Positions 18,270 through 27,120 of a stretch of 64,000 bases of DNA are shown one piece after another. Each line of letters begins with the position of its first letter. Within the stretch, counting starts at the first letter, position 1. Source of the stretch: Clostridia bacterium (GTDB lineage Bacteria; Bacillota; Clostridia; Christensenellales; UBA1242). The notes beneath the pieces are model-generated. The model searched no databases, was not told the DNA's origin, and saw only the letters and a program-made list of their open reading frames with translations. The stretch covers positions 2,591 to 66,590 of the forward strand of contig JAFUPL010000006.1 of assembly GCA_017481235.1 (NCBI GenBank), in the 5' to 3' direction. A program made the translations under genes and the position numbers.

Positions 18270-18374
18270 GGGTTCGGTCTGTCGACCCGGACCGCAACAG
18301 AGTTGCTCCCGCTTTGTGCTAAAAACTTGCCACTGGCAACTTTTTTTAACGCAGTCGCCCCTAACTCTCCGCCA
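18270..18374 (+). repeat. Module X copy 1 (105 bp, about 55% GC), candidate structured RNA or att arm
   Basis: Near-identical to 19925-20029. It ends in the TCCGCCA core. Confidence 0.85.
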
Positions 18375-18383
18375 TAGAAAATC

Positions 18384-18408
18384 ACTTTGCTTAATGCAAA
18401 GTTTTTTT
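18384..18408 (+). terminator. Strong intrinsic terminator following X copy 1
   Basis: ACTTTGC-TTAAT-GCAAAGT followed by a run of seven T. Confidence 0.75.
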
Positions 18409-18546
18409 AATGATAAATGACTAATTAATAATGAAGAATTGAGGTTTTGTTTATGATTTTCTAATTCTTCATTTTTCATTCTTCACTCTTCATCAACCAT
18501 CATTCACCTCAACGGTTTTTGAAACTGACAAATAGGCTCACCAAAA

Positions 18547-18623
18547 TGTCTAACAAAAAAATCACACTTTTTTCGTGTCTAATGAAATTTGTTAGAAAAA
18601 TATTAGACAAAACATTAGACAAA
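18547..18623. promoter_or_regulatory. Operator-like array of TTAGACAA / TGTCTAA motifs
   Basis: TGTCTAA at 18547 and 18576. ATTAGACAAA at 18602 and 18614. All lie just upstream of the promoter. Confidence 0.5.
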
Positions 18624-18637
18624 TTTTAGAATTAGTA

Positions 18638-18666
18638 TTGAAAAAGTTTTTGAGATATGCTATAAT
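18638..18666 (+). promoter_or_regulatory. Near-consensus sigma-70-type promoter
   Basis: TTGAAA, then a 17-nt spacer ending in TGC, then TATAAT (extended -10). It lies 24 nt before the AAGGAG SD of the 288-aa gene. Confidence 0.7.
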
Positions 18667-18690
18667 CCTTGTACTTTTAAGGAGTTGAAT

Positions 18691-19557
18691 ATGAGTTATT
18701 ATAATAGTGAAGAAGAATTTTTATCTGCATACACAGCACGTAAATTGATATTAGGGGGAAGACCTGTTGTTTGCAAAGAAGAATTGGAAGCAGCACGTGA
18801 TGAATTTTTACAAAGTGTATACTGCTCTAGTAATTTAATAGAAAAGTTAAATAAATTAAATTTTAATGATTTAGAAAAAATAAGCGAATTATTCCAACAA
18901 AAAGCTAGTATTAATAGAAGTTGGCTGAAACCCTGCTTTGTTTATAAGGATGAACAACTTTACCCCACTTATAACTTTTTTGATTTTACACAAACAACTT
19001 ATGGAGAATTTGTGGTTTTCTTAAGCGATAAACGTTATAATATTATTCCTAGAGAAAAATGTTCAAGATTTATGATTCGTAAGCAATATGAAGAAAATGC
19101 TTCGAAAGTTGCTACTTATTTAACAAAATACTTTGCCAATGAATACATAAAGAAAGAAATTAAAAATAGAAGATGGCCAAAGCATTTGAGCGATGTATCT
19201 TATTTATTAGATAAGGATTTAGGAAGAACTCTTGAACTTGAAGGAACACAGAACTATTTTAGAAAGTTTAGAAATAGTGCATTTATGGATTTAGGGAACA
19301 TACTTACTGATAGTAATGGAAATTTAAGAATTTCGAATGAAAGAAGTGGAACGTTGGCTTATAACAATTTAAAAAGAATGCTTACTGCATTCCCAGAACT
19401 TGATACGTTGAGCAGTGGGTATTATGAAAAGGGTAATAGCAAATTTAATATTACAATTAAAGATGGTATCATTAAATGCAATGAGACAACACTTGTGGAT
19501 GAAGATCCATATGAAGAGTTTAGCGATTCTTATTCAAATGAAGAAAAAAGCCTTTAA
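18691..19557 (+). CDS. Orphan 288-aa protein
   Basis: ATG 7 nt after the AAGGAG SD (the track start is an upstream TTG). I recognise no family motif. Confidence 0.6.
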   Translation: MSYYNSEEEFLSAYTARKLILGGRPVVCKEELEAARDEFLQSVYCSSNLIEKLNKLNFNDLEKISELFQQKASINRSWLKPCFVYKDEQLYPTYNFFDFTQTTYGEFVVFLSDKRYNIIPREKCSRFMIRKQYEENASKVATYLTKYFANEYIKKEIKNRRWPKHLSDVSYLLDKDLGRTLELEGTQNYFRKFRNSAFMDLGNILTDSNGNLRISNERSGTLAYNNLKRMLTAFPELDTLSSGYYEKGNSKFNITIKDGIIKCNETTLVDEDPYEEFSDSYSNEEKSL

Positions 19558-19569
19558 TATTATTTACAA

Positions 19570-19602
19570 ACACTCAAACAAGTTAAAGTTTGGGTGTTTT
19601 TT
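19570..19602 (+). terminator. Intrinsic terminator
   Basis: ACACTCAAAC pairs with GTTTGGGTGT (one G-U pair), followed by a T-run. Confidence 0.65.
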
Positions 19603-19924
19603 GATATAATTTTAGGGAGCAGGATAAGAAGCGGACTCAAAATTCAAATTTTAACTCTAAAACCCCCTATAAAATAGGCAGTTTTGTATTTAAAATAAAG
19701 GGATTACAAGGGATTTGATAATATAAATTATAAGAAGTGATTTTATAAATCACAATTGATTGTCATCAATTCTTGATAACGCAAAGTTCTTATAATTTTG
19801 AATTACGTCAGATTATGTTAAATGTGCATAAATGCCCGCTTATATAATCTTCCTAAATTATAAAATAATCAAAGGTAAAAATTAATCGGTAAAACTTGAA
19901 AACCGTTGAAGTGCGAGCTTCCTG

Positions 19925-20029
19925 GGGTTCGGTCTGTCGACCCGGACCGCAACAAGTTGCTCCCGCTTTGTGCTAAAAACTTGCCAAAGGGCAACTTTTC
20001 TTAACGCAGTCGCCCCTAACTTTCCGCCA
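19925..20029 (+). repeat. Module X copy 2
   Basis: Same 105 bp as 18270-18374 with a handful of differences. It is contiguous with Y copy 2. Confidence 0.85.
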
Positions 20030-20034
20030 AGCGT

Positions 20035-20079
20035 AACCTAATCCGAACACTTTCTGTTTTGATTGGGTTTATTTTTTTT
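20035..20079 (+). terminator. Module Y copy 2: intrinsic terminator
   Basis: AACCTAATC pairs with GATTGGGTT. The A-to-G change keeps pairing as G-U only in a plus-strand RNA. A T-run follows. Confidence 0.7.
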
Positions 20080-20131
20080 AGTTTGTATAAATTTGCTATA
20101 AATGAAAACAATAACATTGGGAGGTAATGTT

Positions 20132-20356
20132 ATGATTATTGCAAATATCATAAGTTTAATTGTTTTATTTATCGGTGGGTTAAATTGGGGATTGGTTGGA
20201 ATTTTTAATTTTAACCTTGTAGATTGGATTTTTGGTGGACATAACGCAGGTTCAATCATTATCTATATTCTAGTTTTACTTGCAACTCTTTGGCTTATTT
20301 TTACTGTTTTAACAAAACATGCAATATATGTTAGAAACAAAGATAAAACTTTATAA
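20132..20356 (+). CDS. DUF378 family small membrane protein
   Basis: GGLNWGLVGIF motif. GGGAGG SD upstream of the ATG at 20132. Confidence 0.75.
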   Translation: MIIANIISLIVLFIGGLNWGLVGIFNFNLVDWIFGGHNAGSIIIYILVLLATLWLIFTVLTKHAIYVRNKDKTL

Positions 20357-20366
20357 AACTAATTAC

Positions 20367-20404
20367 AATCACTTTTGTCTTTTTTGACAAAGGTGATTTT
20401 TTTA
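20367..20404 (+). terminator. Intrinsic terminator
   Basis: 13-bp stem AATCACTTTTGTC/GACAAAGGTGATT followed by a T-run. Confidence 0.7.
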
Positions 20405-20677
20405 TTAAAAGTTAATAGTGGGAATATAATTAATATCATAGTATGTGGTCTTGATAAAAATCTAAAGTATGAAATTTTTTAATATATTGGAAATAAAAAA
20501 GATTTATTATATAAAGTAGGTGAAGAATTGCGCTTTCCACTATTTGTATATAGTAAACAATCTAGAAGTTGCATACAATTAGATACACTACACAAAACAT
20601 ATAGTAAAAATTTTTTAAAATTTAGCACTTTTACGATATTATATGTTATAATAGTATCGGTAAAAGGAGATTTTATT

Positions 20678-21454
20678 ATGGCGGAAATTAATCAAAGAAT
20701 TAAAAATTTAAGAACATGCGCAAGGAAAAGTCAGCAAGAGATGGCAAAGATTTTTGCGGTGTCATCACAACTTGTAAGCAAGTGGGAATGTTCTGATATC
20801 GTTCCTGCGACGGAAGATATTATAAAGTTATCTAAATTTTTTAATGTATCATTAGAATATATTTTAACTGGTAAAGCAAATGATGGTGATATGAAGATTT
20901 TAAATAGACAATTAAAAGATAACGAAATTAAAGATGAATTAAAAAGAGAATATAAAAGTGCATTAAAAAAGGCAACCGATAAAGAAATTGACCTATTGAT
21001 ACAATATACAAATTTACCTAAAAGTGTGTCGGTAAACGATAATATAAAAGAGTTAATTGTGTTTAATATTAAAGATTTGATAGAATTAAACAATGTTTAT
21101 ATTTACAACATATTAAAGCAAAGTTATAACGTAAAAGGAAAAATAACTTTCGAATTACTTAATCAACCCAAGGTTACTCAATATGAATTCTTTAAACTTG
21201 CAGTCGAAGAAGATTGTAAAAATATACAAGATGCTTTTAATTATTATACTTCCGCAGAAGATGTTTGGAACTCTAAAGTTATTTTATTATTGATAAATCA
21301 TGGCGCAAAAGTTATGCGCATGGGAGAAATAAGGGAGTATTCAACATATTCAATTGATGGTTGTGAAAATACTAAATATGAAGTAAAGCAAGTTTATGAC
21401 TTGATTTCAACAAAATTATTAAAAGCAGAGTTAGAAAGAGAAATAAGTATTTAA
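20678..21454 (+). CDS. XRE-family HTH regulator with uncharacterised C-terminal domain
   Basis: Start at M51 of the track ORF, after an AAAGGAG SD. HTH region is SQQEMAKIFAVSSQLVSKWE. Confidence 0.75.
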   Translation: MAEINQRIKNLRTCARKSQQEMAKIFAVSSQLVSKWECSDIVPATEDIIKLSKFFNVSLEYILTGKANDGDMKILNRQLKDNEIKDELKREYKSALKKATDKEIDLLIQYTNLPKSVSVNDNIKELIVFNIKDLIELNNVYIYNILKQSYNVKGKITFELLNQPKVTQYEFFKLAVEEDCKNIQDAFNYYTSAEDVWNSKVILLLINHGAKVMRMGEIREYSTYSIDGCENTKYEVKQVYDLISTKLLKAELEREISI

Positions 21455-21599
21455 CGATAATAATTAAAATTAGATTACTACCATATTAAGCGATATTATA
21501 GCATTATTAATAATAATTTTGATGCTAAAAATATAATAATATGAGTATTTTATTTGCTAATTTTATTGCTTTATGATATTATTAGGTAAGGAGATTTTT

Positions 21600-22727
21600 A
21601 TGTTTGCTAATAAGAAGATTATGATGATTGCCACAACCGATAATATGATATGGCAATTTCTATTGCCACATATCAAATATTTGCAAGAGAAAGGCAATAT
21701 TGTTGAATGTGTGTGTGCAAAAACTGGGTTTTGGTTTGATGAATTAAGGGATAAATATGGTCTTAAGGTGCATGAGATTGATTTTGGGAGAAACCCATTA
21801 AAGTTTAAGAACTTTGGTGCATATAAAAAGTTGAAATTGCTACAAAAGGAAAACAAATTTGACTTAATATACTGTCAACAACCGGTTGGTGGAATGATGG
21901 GAAGACTGTTGGGTAAAAAGTTTAAACTTCCTGTAATATACACCGCGCACGGTTTTCATTTCTTTAATGGTGCACCGCTTGTTAATAGATTGGTGTATAA
22001 ACCAGTAGAAAAATGGCTTTCGAAGTATACTGATATTTTGATTACTATCAATGAAGAGGATTATCAAAATGCATTAAAGATGAAGGCTAAAAATGTGTTT
22101 AAGATAAACGGTATTGGAATGGAATTTAAAAAGTATGATATAATTGAGGAAACAAGGCAAGAAATTAGGAAAAGTTTAGGTATTAAGGATGAAGAGTTTG
22201 TTATTGTTACGGTTGCAGAGTTTATTAAGCGCAAAAACTATAAAACAATGATAAATGTAATCAAGGGTCTAAAGGATAAAGGCGTTAAGGTTAAATTTTT
22301 GGTTTGCGGTCGTGGACAGGATGAGGAAAAAATTAAGCAACAAATTATAGACCTTGATATTAAAGAGCAAGTTAATATTTTGGGATATCGTAAGGATATT
22401 AACCGCATTTTAACTGGGGCAGATGTGTTTATGTTGACATCCTTCCAAGAAGGTTTGACATTATCAGTTATTGAAGCTATGAGTTACGGTTTGCCTTGCG
22501 CTGTTAGTAATGTTAGAGGGAATAGAGATTTAATCGTTGATGGTCAAGGTGGAATTGTGGTTGATGCTACAAATGTTGATGGGTTTGTAGATAGGATTAA
22601 GGAATTATCAAACAATGTACAACTTCGTGCAAAAATGGGCGAGTTTAATAAAGAGGAAAGTAAGAAATACACAATTGAAACAGTATTAAATCAATTGGCA
22701 GAAATCTATGGAGTAATTAAATGGTAA
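21600..22727 (+). CDS. Glycosyltransferase family 4 (GT-B)
   Basis: C-terminal EGLTLSVIEAMSYGLP motif. Start at ATG 21600 after a GGAG SD. Confidence 0.8.
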   Translation: MFANKKIMMIATTDNMIWQFLLPHIKYLQEKGNIVECVCAKTGFWFDELRDKYGLKVHEIDFGRNPLKFKNFGAYKKLKLLQKENKFDLIYCQQPVGGMMGRLLGKKFKLPVIYTAHGFHFFNGAPLVNRLVYKPVEKWLSKYTDILITINEEDYQNALKMKAKNVFKINGIGMEFKKYDIIEETRQEIRKSLGIKDEEFVIVTVAEFIKRKNYKTMINVIKGLKDKGVKVKFLVCGRGQDEEKIKQQIIDLDIKEQVNILGYRKDINRILTGADVFMLTSFQEGLTLSVIEAMSYGLPCAVSNVRGNRDLIVDGQGGIVVDATNVDGFVDRIKELSNNVQLRAKMGEFNKEESKKYTIETVLNQLAEIYGVIKW

Positions 22728-23188
22728 AAGAAAACAAATATCTATGGCTAAGATGTTTTATTGCATTTGCCTTGCAGTTCTTAGCGTTTGTGTATAAACC
22801 GTTTGTTATTATCGAATTAGTATATTTAATTTTATTAATAATTTTGGACAAACCTGAAAACAAAATATGTTATTTATTTTTTATGTTGCCATTTTATAAT
22901 GTGTTTAGATATAGCGCTGGCGCATTTAGATTTAATAATATTTTTGATAGTTTAAAAACCTTATATTTAAGCACCATACTAGTTTTGGTATTTTGCTTGG
23001 TGATGGGTGTACATTTTGTTTTGGATATTAAAAACAAGAAAAAAAGCATTAACTTAAAGTCTATTATAGTTCTTGCAATACTATATATATTGTTTTTAGT
23101 TCCATTTAATAGTATTGATAGCCAAGCGTTTAGTTCGATACTAGTTATTTCTTCATTATTTTTGGCAACTTACTTAATCTATCAATAA
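22721..23188 (+). CDS. N-terminal transmembrane part of a Wzy/O-antigen-ligase-like protein
   Basis: 155 aa, multi-TM. It is in the same frame as the next ORF and separated from it by one TAA. Confidence 0.55.
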   Translation: MVKENKYLWLRCFIAFALQFLAFVYKPFVIIELVYLILLIILDKPENKICYLFFMLPFYNVFRYSAGAFRFNNIFDSLKTLYLSTILVLVFCLVMGVHFVLDIKNKKKSINLKSIIVLAILYILFLVPFNSIDSQAFSSILVISSLFLATYLIYQ

Positions 23189-23242
23189 AAAGAGTGTTTT
23201 AATTTAAGAAAAATACTAGATATATGGCTTATAGGTGTTGTA

Positions 23243-25063
23243 TTGTCGGTGGTTACATATCTATTTAAGGATATATTACCTTATTTAGGTGACTACATTG
23301 TGCAGTTTGAACAAAGGTTTTCAGGTTTGCAACGCGACCCTAATTATTTTGGATTTGAATTAATGGTATTGCTAGTGGGATATACGGTGTTATTTTTTAA
23401 ACATCAACTCAAATATAAGACGTTGATTCCGTTTGGTATAATATCAATAATTGCAATTTTTACACTATCTAAAAGTTTCTTGATTTCGTATGTGTTGTAT
23501 TTGGTCGTGCTTTTGGTGTGTTTATTAAGATATATACTAAAACAAATTAAAGACAAAAAGAAAAAAGTAACATTTATTTGCTTGATTGTCACTGGTGTTG
23601 TAATATGTAGCATTGTTGCGATTATTGTATTACCTAAACTATTTGAAGGTAGAGCAAATGTTGTTGACACCAAATCAGGCGGAGTATACAACTTTATAAA
23701 TAGTTTAACTACTGGCAGATTAGGTATATGGATTGATTATATCAAACTGTATTTTAAATCATTTTGGAGAGTGGTATTTGGTTATGGTTCTCTAAATGGT
23801 TACCCAATGGACGCAGTACATAATACACCATTACAAATTTTATTTTTTGGTGGAATTATTGCATTAGGGATATTAATTTATCTATTGATTAAATTTATTA
23901 AAAATCATAAATGTCCAGCGATAATGTATATCTTAATAGGAATATTGCTAATACATTCTTGTTCGGTGGACTTATTATTTTCATATAGAACATACTTAAT
24001 TTTATCAATTATGATTTTGTGTTTTAATTTGTACCCAAAAGAAGAATTTATCAATATAAATACTTTACAAAAATTTAATACAACAAAATTAAGTGTTGTG
24101 ATACCTATATATAATGCAGAAAAATATATTGAAAGATGCGTAGAGAGTTTAACTAAACATAAAGATTTGAATTTGGAAATTATTTTAGTTAATGATGGTA
24201 GTACGGATAATAGTGGACATATCTGCAAACAACTTGCGTTGTTAGATGATAGAGTTAATGTAATAGAAAAATCAAATGGTGGTGTTTCAAGTGCTAGAAA
24301 CGAAGGCTTAAAATATGCTACGGGTGAATACGTAACATTTATTGATGCTGATGATTTTGTAAGTGATGAGTTTAAGGCTTGCTATTCAGTATTGGGTGAA
24401 AGTGAAATATATTGTGTTCCTTATTGTGAAATCAAGGGCGACAATAAAAGATTAATAATCCCCACAACAGATTGGAACGGTAAAGTTGCAACTAATCTAA
24501 ATAATGGTGCAGTTACTACAGGATTATATAATTCTGTCTGTATGAAAATCTTTAAAACAAGTATAATAAAAGAAAATAATATTGAGTTTGATACAAGTTT
24601 GAAAATTGCTGAAGATTTTAAATTTGTTATAGATTGTTTTAAGGTTTCTAACACTATTGATTTTGTTGGCTGTTGCTATTACAATTATTTTAGAAATGAT
24701 ACTTCAGCAATGCATAAGGTAGACTTTGAAAAAATATGTAACACATTAGATGCTTGCAAATATGCAATTAACACAGTTAAAAATATAAAAAGTGTAAACA
24801 TTAAGAAGTTGTGTTTGAAGTTAGTAAGTGAAAATTTATTGTCTGTATTTGCTAGAGTTAATGATTATTCTAGCGATAAAAACAAGTATTTAATGGAAGA
24901 ATTATGCAAATTAAAACAATACTTTAGTTATGGTTCTTCGCTTATAAAGAAGATTTTAGTAATATTAATAAAGATTTTTGGTATTAAAATTTTCATAAAA
25001 ACATTAAAAAAAGTTAAATCAATTAAAAGGAGCAAAAATGAAAATATTTCTAAAATGGATTAA
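23243..25063 (+). CDS. Wzy/O-antigen-ligase-like membrane domain fused to a GT2 glycosyltransferase
   Basis: The track start is TTG. RFSGLQRDPNYFGFE and TLSKSF are Wzy_C-like. The C-terminal half has LSVVIPIYNAEKYIERC...NDGSTD...DADD (GT2). Confidence 0.7.
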   Translation: MSVVTYLFKDILPYLGDYIVQFEQRFSGLQRDPNYFGFELMVLLVGYTVLFFKHQLKYKTLIPFGIISIIAIFTLSKSFLISYVLYLVVLLVCLLRYILKQIKDKKKKVTFICLIVTGVVICSIVAIIVLPKLFEGRANVVDTKSGGVYNFINSLTTGRLGIWIDYIKLYFKSFWRVVFGYGSLNGYPMDAVHNTPLQILFFGGIIALGILIYLLIKFIKNHKCPAIMYILIGILLIHSCSVDLLFSYRTYLILSIMILCFNLYPKEEFININTLQKFNTTKLSVVIPIYNAEKYIERCVESLTKHKDLNLEIILVNDGSTDNSGHICKQLALLDDRVNVIEKSNGGVSSARNEGLKYATGEYVTFIDADDFVSDEFKACYSVLGESEIYCVPYCEIKGDNKRLIIPTTDWNGKVATNLNNGAVTTGLYNSVCMKIFKTSIIKENNIEFDTSLKIAEDFKFVIDCFKVSNTIDFVGCCYYNYFRNDTSAMHKVDFEKICNTLDACKYAINTVKNIKSVNIKKLCLKLVSENLLSVFARVNDYSSDKNKYLMEELCKLKQYFSYGSSLIKKILVILIKIFGIKIFIKTLKKVKSIKRSKNENISKMD

Positions 25064-25943
25064 GGAATTTGGTTTTTTATTTACAATTAAATATTACACT
25101 TGCACAATTTTAGAAAAACTCTCAAGAGGAAAGTTAAGTCTAAAAAACAATATAATTAAAAAATATATCAAAAAACATTATAAAGATATGATTGTTGACA
25201 ATGTTGTTTCGCAAGAGTATAATATTTATGAAGGTAAAATATGGGTATTTTGGTGGACCGGAATAGAAACCGCTCCAGATATAGTTAAGCGTTGCATTGA
25301 AAAAATAAAAAAATCATCAAACGATAAAGTTGTTATTTTGGACAAGAATAATATAAAAAATTATATAGAAATTCCTCCACATATTTATGATAAAATTGAA
25401 AAAGGATATATAACAATCACACATTTTAGCGATATATTGAGGATGTGTTTATTATCACAATATGGTGGTCTGTGGTTGGATTCAACTATATATTATACAG
25501 GTGGTAATATTAAAGAATATTTGGAAAGAGAATTTTATACAATAAAACATTTAAACGGAAACTCAAGATATGTGTCTAAGAATAGATGGACGGGATATTT
25601 TTTATCTTGTAAGAAAAACAATTTATTAGTTGTCAATGTACGCAATATTTTGTTTGAATATTGGAAAAAACACGACACACTTATTGAATATTTTTTAATA
25701 GATTTTTTAATAGATTTAGTATATTCAAACAACTATACTGTTAAATGCATGATTGATAATCTTGAACCCAACAACGAAAATAACGAAAAATTGGTAGCGT
25801 TATTAAATGAACCATATAAAGAAGAGATATTAAAAAAACTAATAAACAACACAAATGTGTTTAAATTGACGTGGAAACAAGAATTTAAACTTGAGAATGA
25901 AGGAAAGAAAACTTTTTATAATTATATAATTAATGGTGGTTAG
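25038..25943 (+). CDS. Capsular polysaccharide synthesis protein (Caps_synth/OCH1-like glycosyltransferase)
   Basis: WVFWWTG...HFSDILRMCLLSQYGGLWLDST motif. Confidence 0.7.
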   Translation: MKIFLKWIKEFGFLFTIKYYTCTILEKLSRGKLSLKNNIIKKYIKKHYKDMIVDNVVSQEYNIYEGKIWVFWWTGIETAPDIVKRCIEKIKKSSNDKVVILDKNNIKNYIEIPPHIYDKIEKGYITITHFSDILRMCLLSQYGGLWLDSTIYYTGGNIKEYLEREFYTIKHLNGNSRYVSKNRWTGYFLSCKKNNLLVVNVRNILFEYWKKHDTLIEYFLIDFLIDLVYSNNYTVKCMIDNLEPNNENNEKLVALLNEPYKEEILKKLINNTNVFKLTWKQEFKLENEGKKTFYNYIINGG

Positions 25944-25945
25944 AT

Positions 25946-27097
25946 ATGAAAAAATTAGACGTCATCCTTGTTAATAGAAACATGGTTGCCGGAGGAATTG
26001 AAACGGCAATTTTAGGGTTTATGCAAAACTTAAAAGAATATGTAAATTTTGATTTGCTATTATTTAATAAATGTGGTACTTTATTAAGCAGAGTCCCCAA
26101 AGAGACTAGAGTTTTAGAGACTGGAAGAATTTTGAGATTGCTAGGTAATACTTACGCGGGGAATATACAGCAAAAATCAACTACGGTAAGTTATGATATT
26201 AAGAAAAAAATTCTAAAATTTGCAAAAAAATTAGGTGCCGAGAAAGCGCTAGGTAAGTTTGCTTTTGTTGGGCAAAAACAAAATAAAAAATATGATATTG
26301 GCATTTGTTGTCATGGGATAGATTACTTAAAGTGCAAGTATGTTTTAAAATGTGTTGATGCGAGATACAAGATCGCGTTTATTCATTGCGATGTTCGAGA
26401 ATATAAAGTAAGCAAAAAGACGTTGAAAATGCTTTTAAAATTTGACAAAATTCTTTGTGTGTCAAAAAGTTGTGCTAATATATTCCTTGAAAAGTATCCT
26501 CAATTTACTAATGTTGACTACTTGTATAATTTTCAAGATATTGATAGGATAAAAAAACTTGCAGATGCATTTGAAGTGGAGTATAAGCATGGTTTAAACT
26601 TAGTAACGGCTGCCCGTTTAACCGAACAAAAAGGTCATATTAGAGCGTTGAGAGTTTTAAAAAGACTTCACGATGAAGGGTATTCATTTATTTGGAATAT
26701 TGTGGGTAATGGCGAGAAAGAGGAAGAGATTTTTGAATTTATCAAACAAAATCAAATGGAAGATTATGCTATAATGCATGGATTGCAATCTAATCCATAT
26801 CCTTTTATAAAAAAAGCAGATTTATTCTTTTTGGCCACACTCCACGAGGCCGCACCAATGGTTTATTGCGAGGCCATGAGTTTAAGGGTCCCAGTATTTA
26901 CAACAAATACTTGCTCTGCTGATGAACTGGTTGGCGATTTGGGTTTTGTTTGCGATAATAGCGAAGAGGAAATTTATTTAAAATTAAAAGAAATTTTTGA
27001 TAATCCTGCATTATTAACATTGTCAAAAGAAAAAATAAAAGATTACCACTATGGAAACGAAGAGATTGTGAAAAAGTTTTTAGATATGTTTAAATAA
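25946..27097 (+). CDS. Glycosyltransferase family 4 (GT-B)
   Basis: 383 aa. LHEAAPMVYCEAMSLRVP is an E-x7-E-like region. Confidence 0.75.
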   Translation: MKKLDVILVNRNMVAGGIETAILGFMQNLKEYVNFDLLLFNKCGTLLSRVPKETRVLETGRILRLLGNTYAGNIQQKSTTVSYDIKKKILKFAKKLGAEKALGKFAFVGQKQNKKYDIGICCHGIDYLKCKYVLKCVDARYKIAFIHCDVREYKVSKKTLKMLLKFDKILCVSKSCANIFLEKYPQFTNVDYLYNFQDIDRIKKLADAFEVEYKHGLNLVTAARLTEQKGHIRALRVLKRLHDEGYSFIWNIVGNGEKEEEIFEFIKQNQMEDYAIMHGLQSNPYPFIKKADLFFLATLHEAAPMVYCEAMSLRVPVFTTNTCSADELVGDLGFVCDNSEEEIYLKLKEIFDNPALLTLSKEKIKDYHYGNEEIVKKFLDMFK

Positions 27098-27120
27098 AAT
27101 TTAGTGTTTGGGAGAAATGT

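Larger units (their letters stand above)
18375..19924. mobile_element. 1.55-kb cargo segment bracketed by direct X repeats (no recombinase of its own)
   Basis: Lies between X copy 1 and X copy 2. Contains a 15-bp inverted repeat pair (18505-18519 and 19899-19913, 14/15 match). Confidence 0.45.

Noticed and set aside
18246-18479. A tmRNA (ssrA) call, prompted by GGATTCGAC near the 5' side and ...CTCCGCCA at the 3' side. The same region also holds a 77-aa minus-strand ORF.
   Set aside because: I found no T-arm (GGTTCGA-type) adjacent to the 3' end. The discriminator would be G rather than A. The spacing from the 5' end to GGATTCGAC is too short. There is no tag ORF ending in hydrophobic residues, and the length is far below tmRNA size. 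The ORF is a by-product of GC-rich sequence. The region is kept only as an unclassified structured-RNA candidate.
19925-20131. A known riboswitch upstream of the DUF378 gene. I compared it by eye with guanidine, ZTP, fluoride, c-di-GMP, cobalamin and SRP-like consensus sequences.
   Set aside because: None of the conserved cores is present. The GCCACTG-like string in copy 1 is not conserved in copy 2. The second DUF378 gene (57955) has no such leader.
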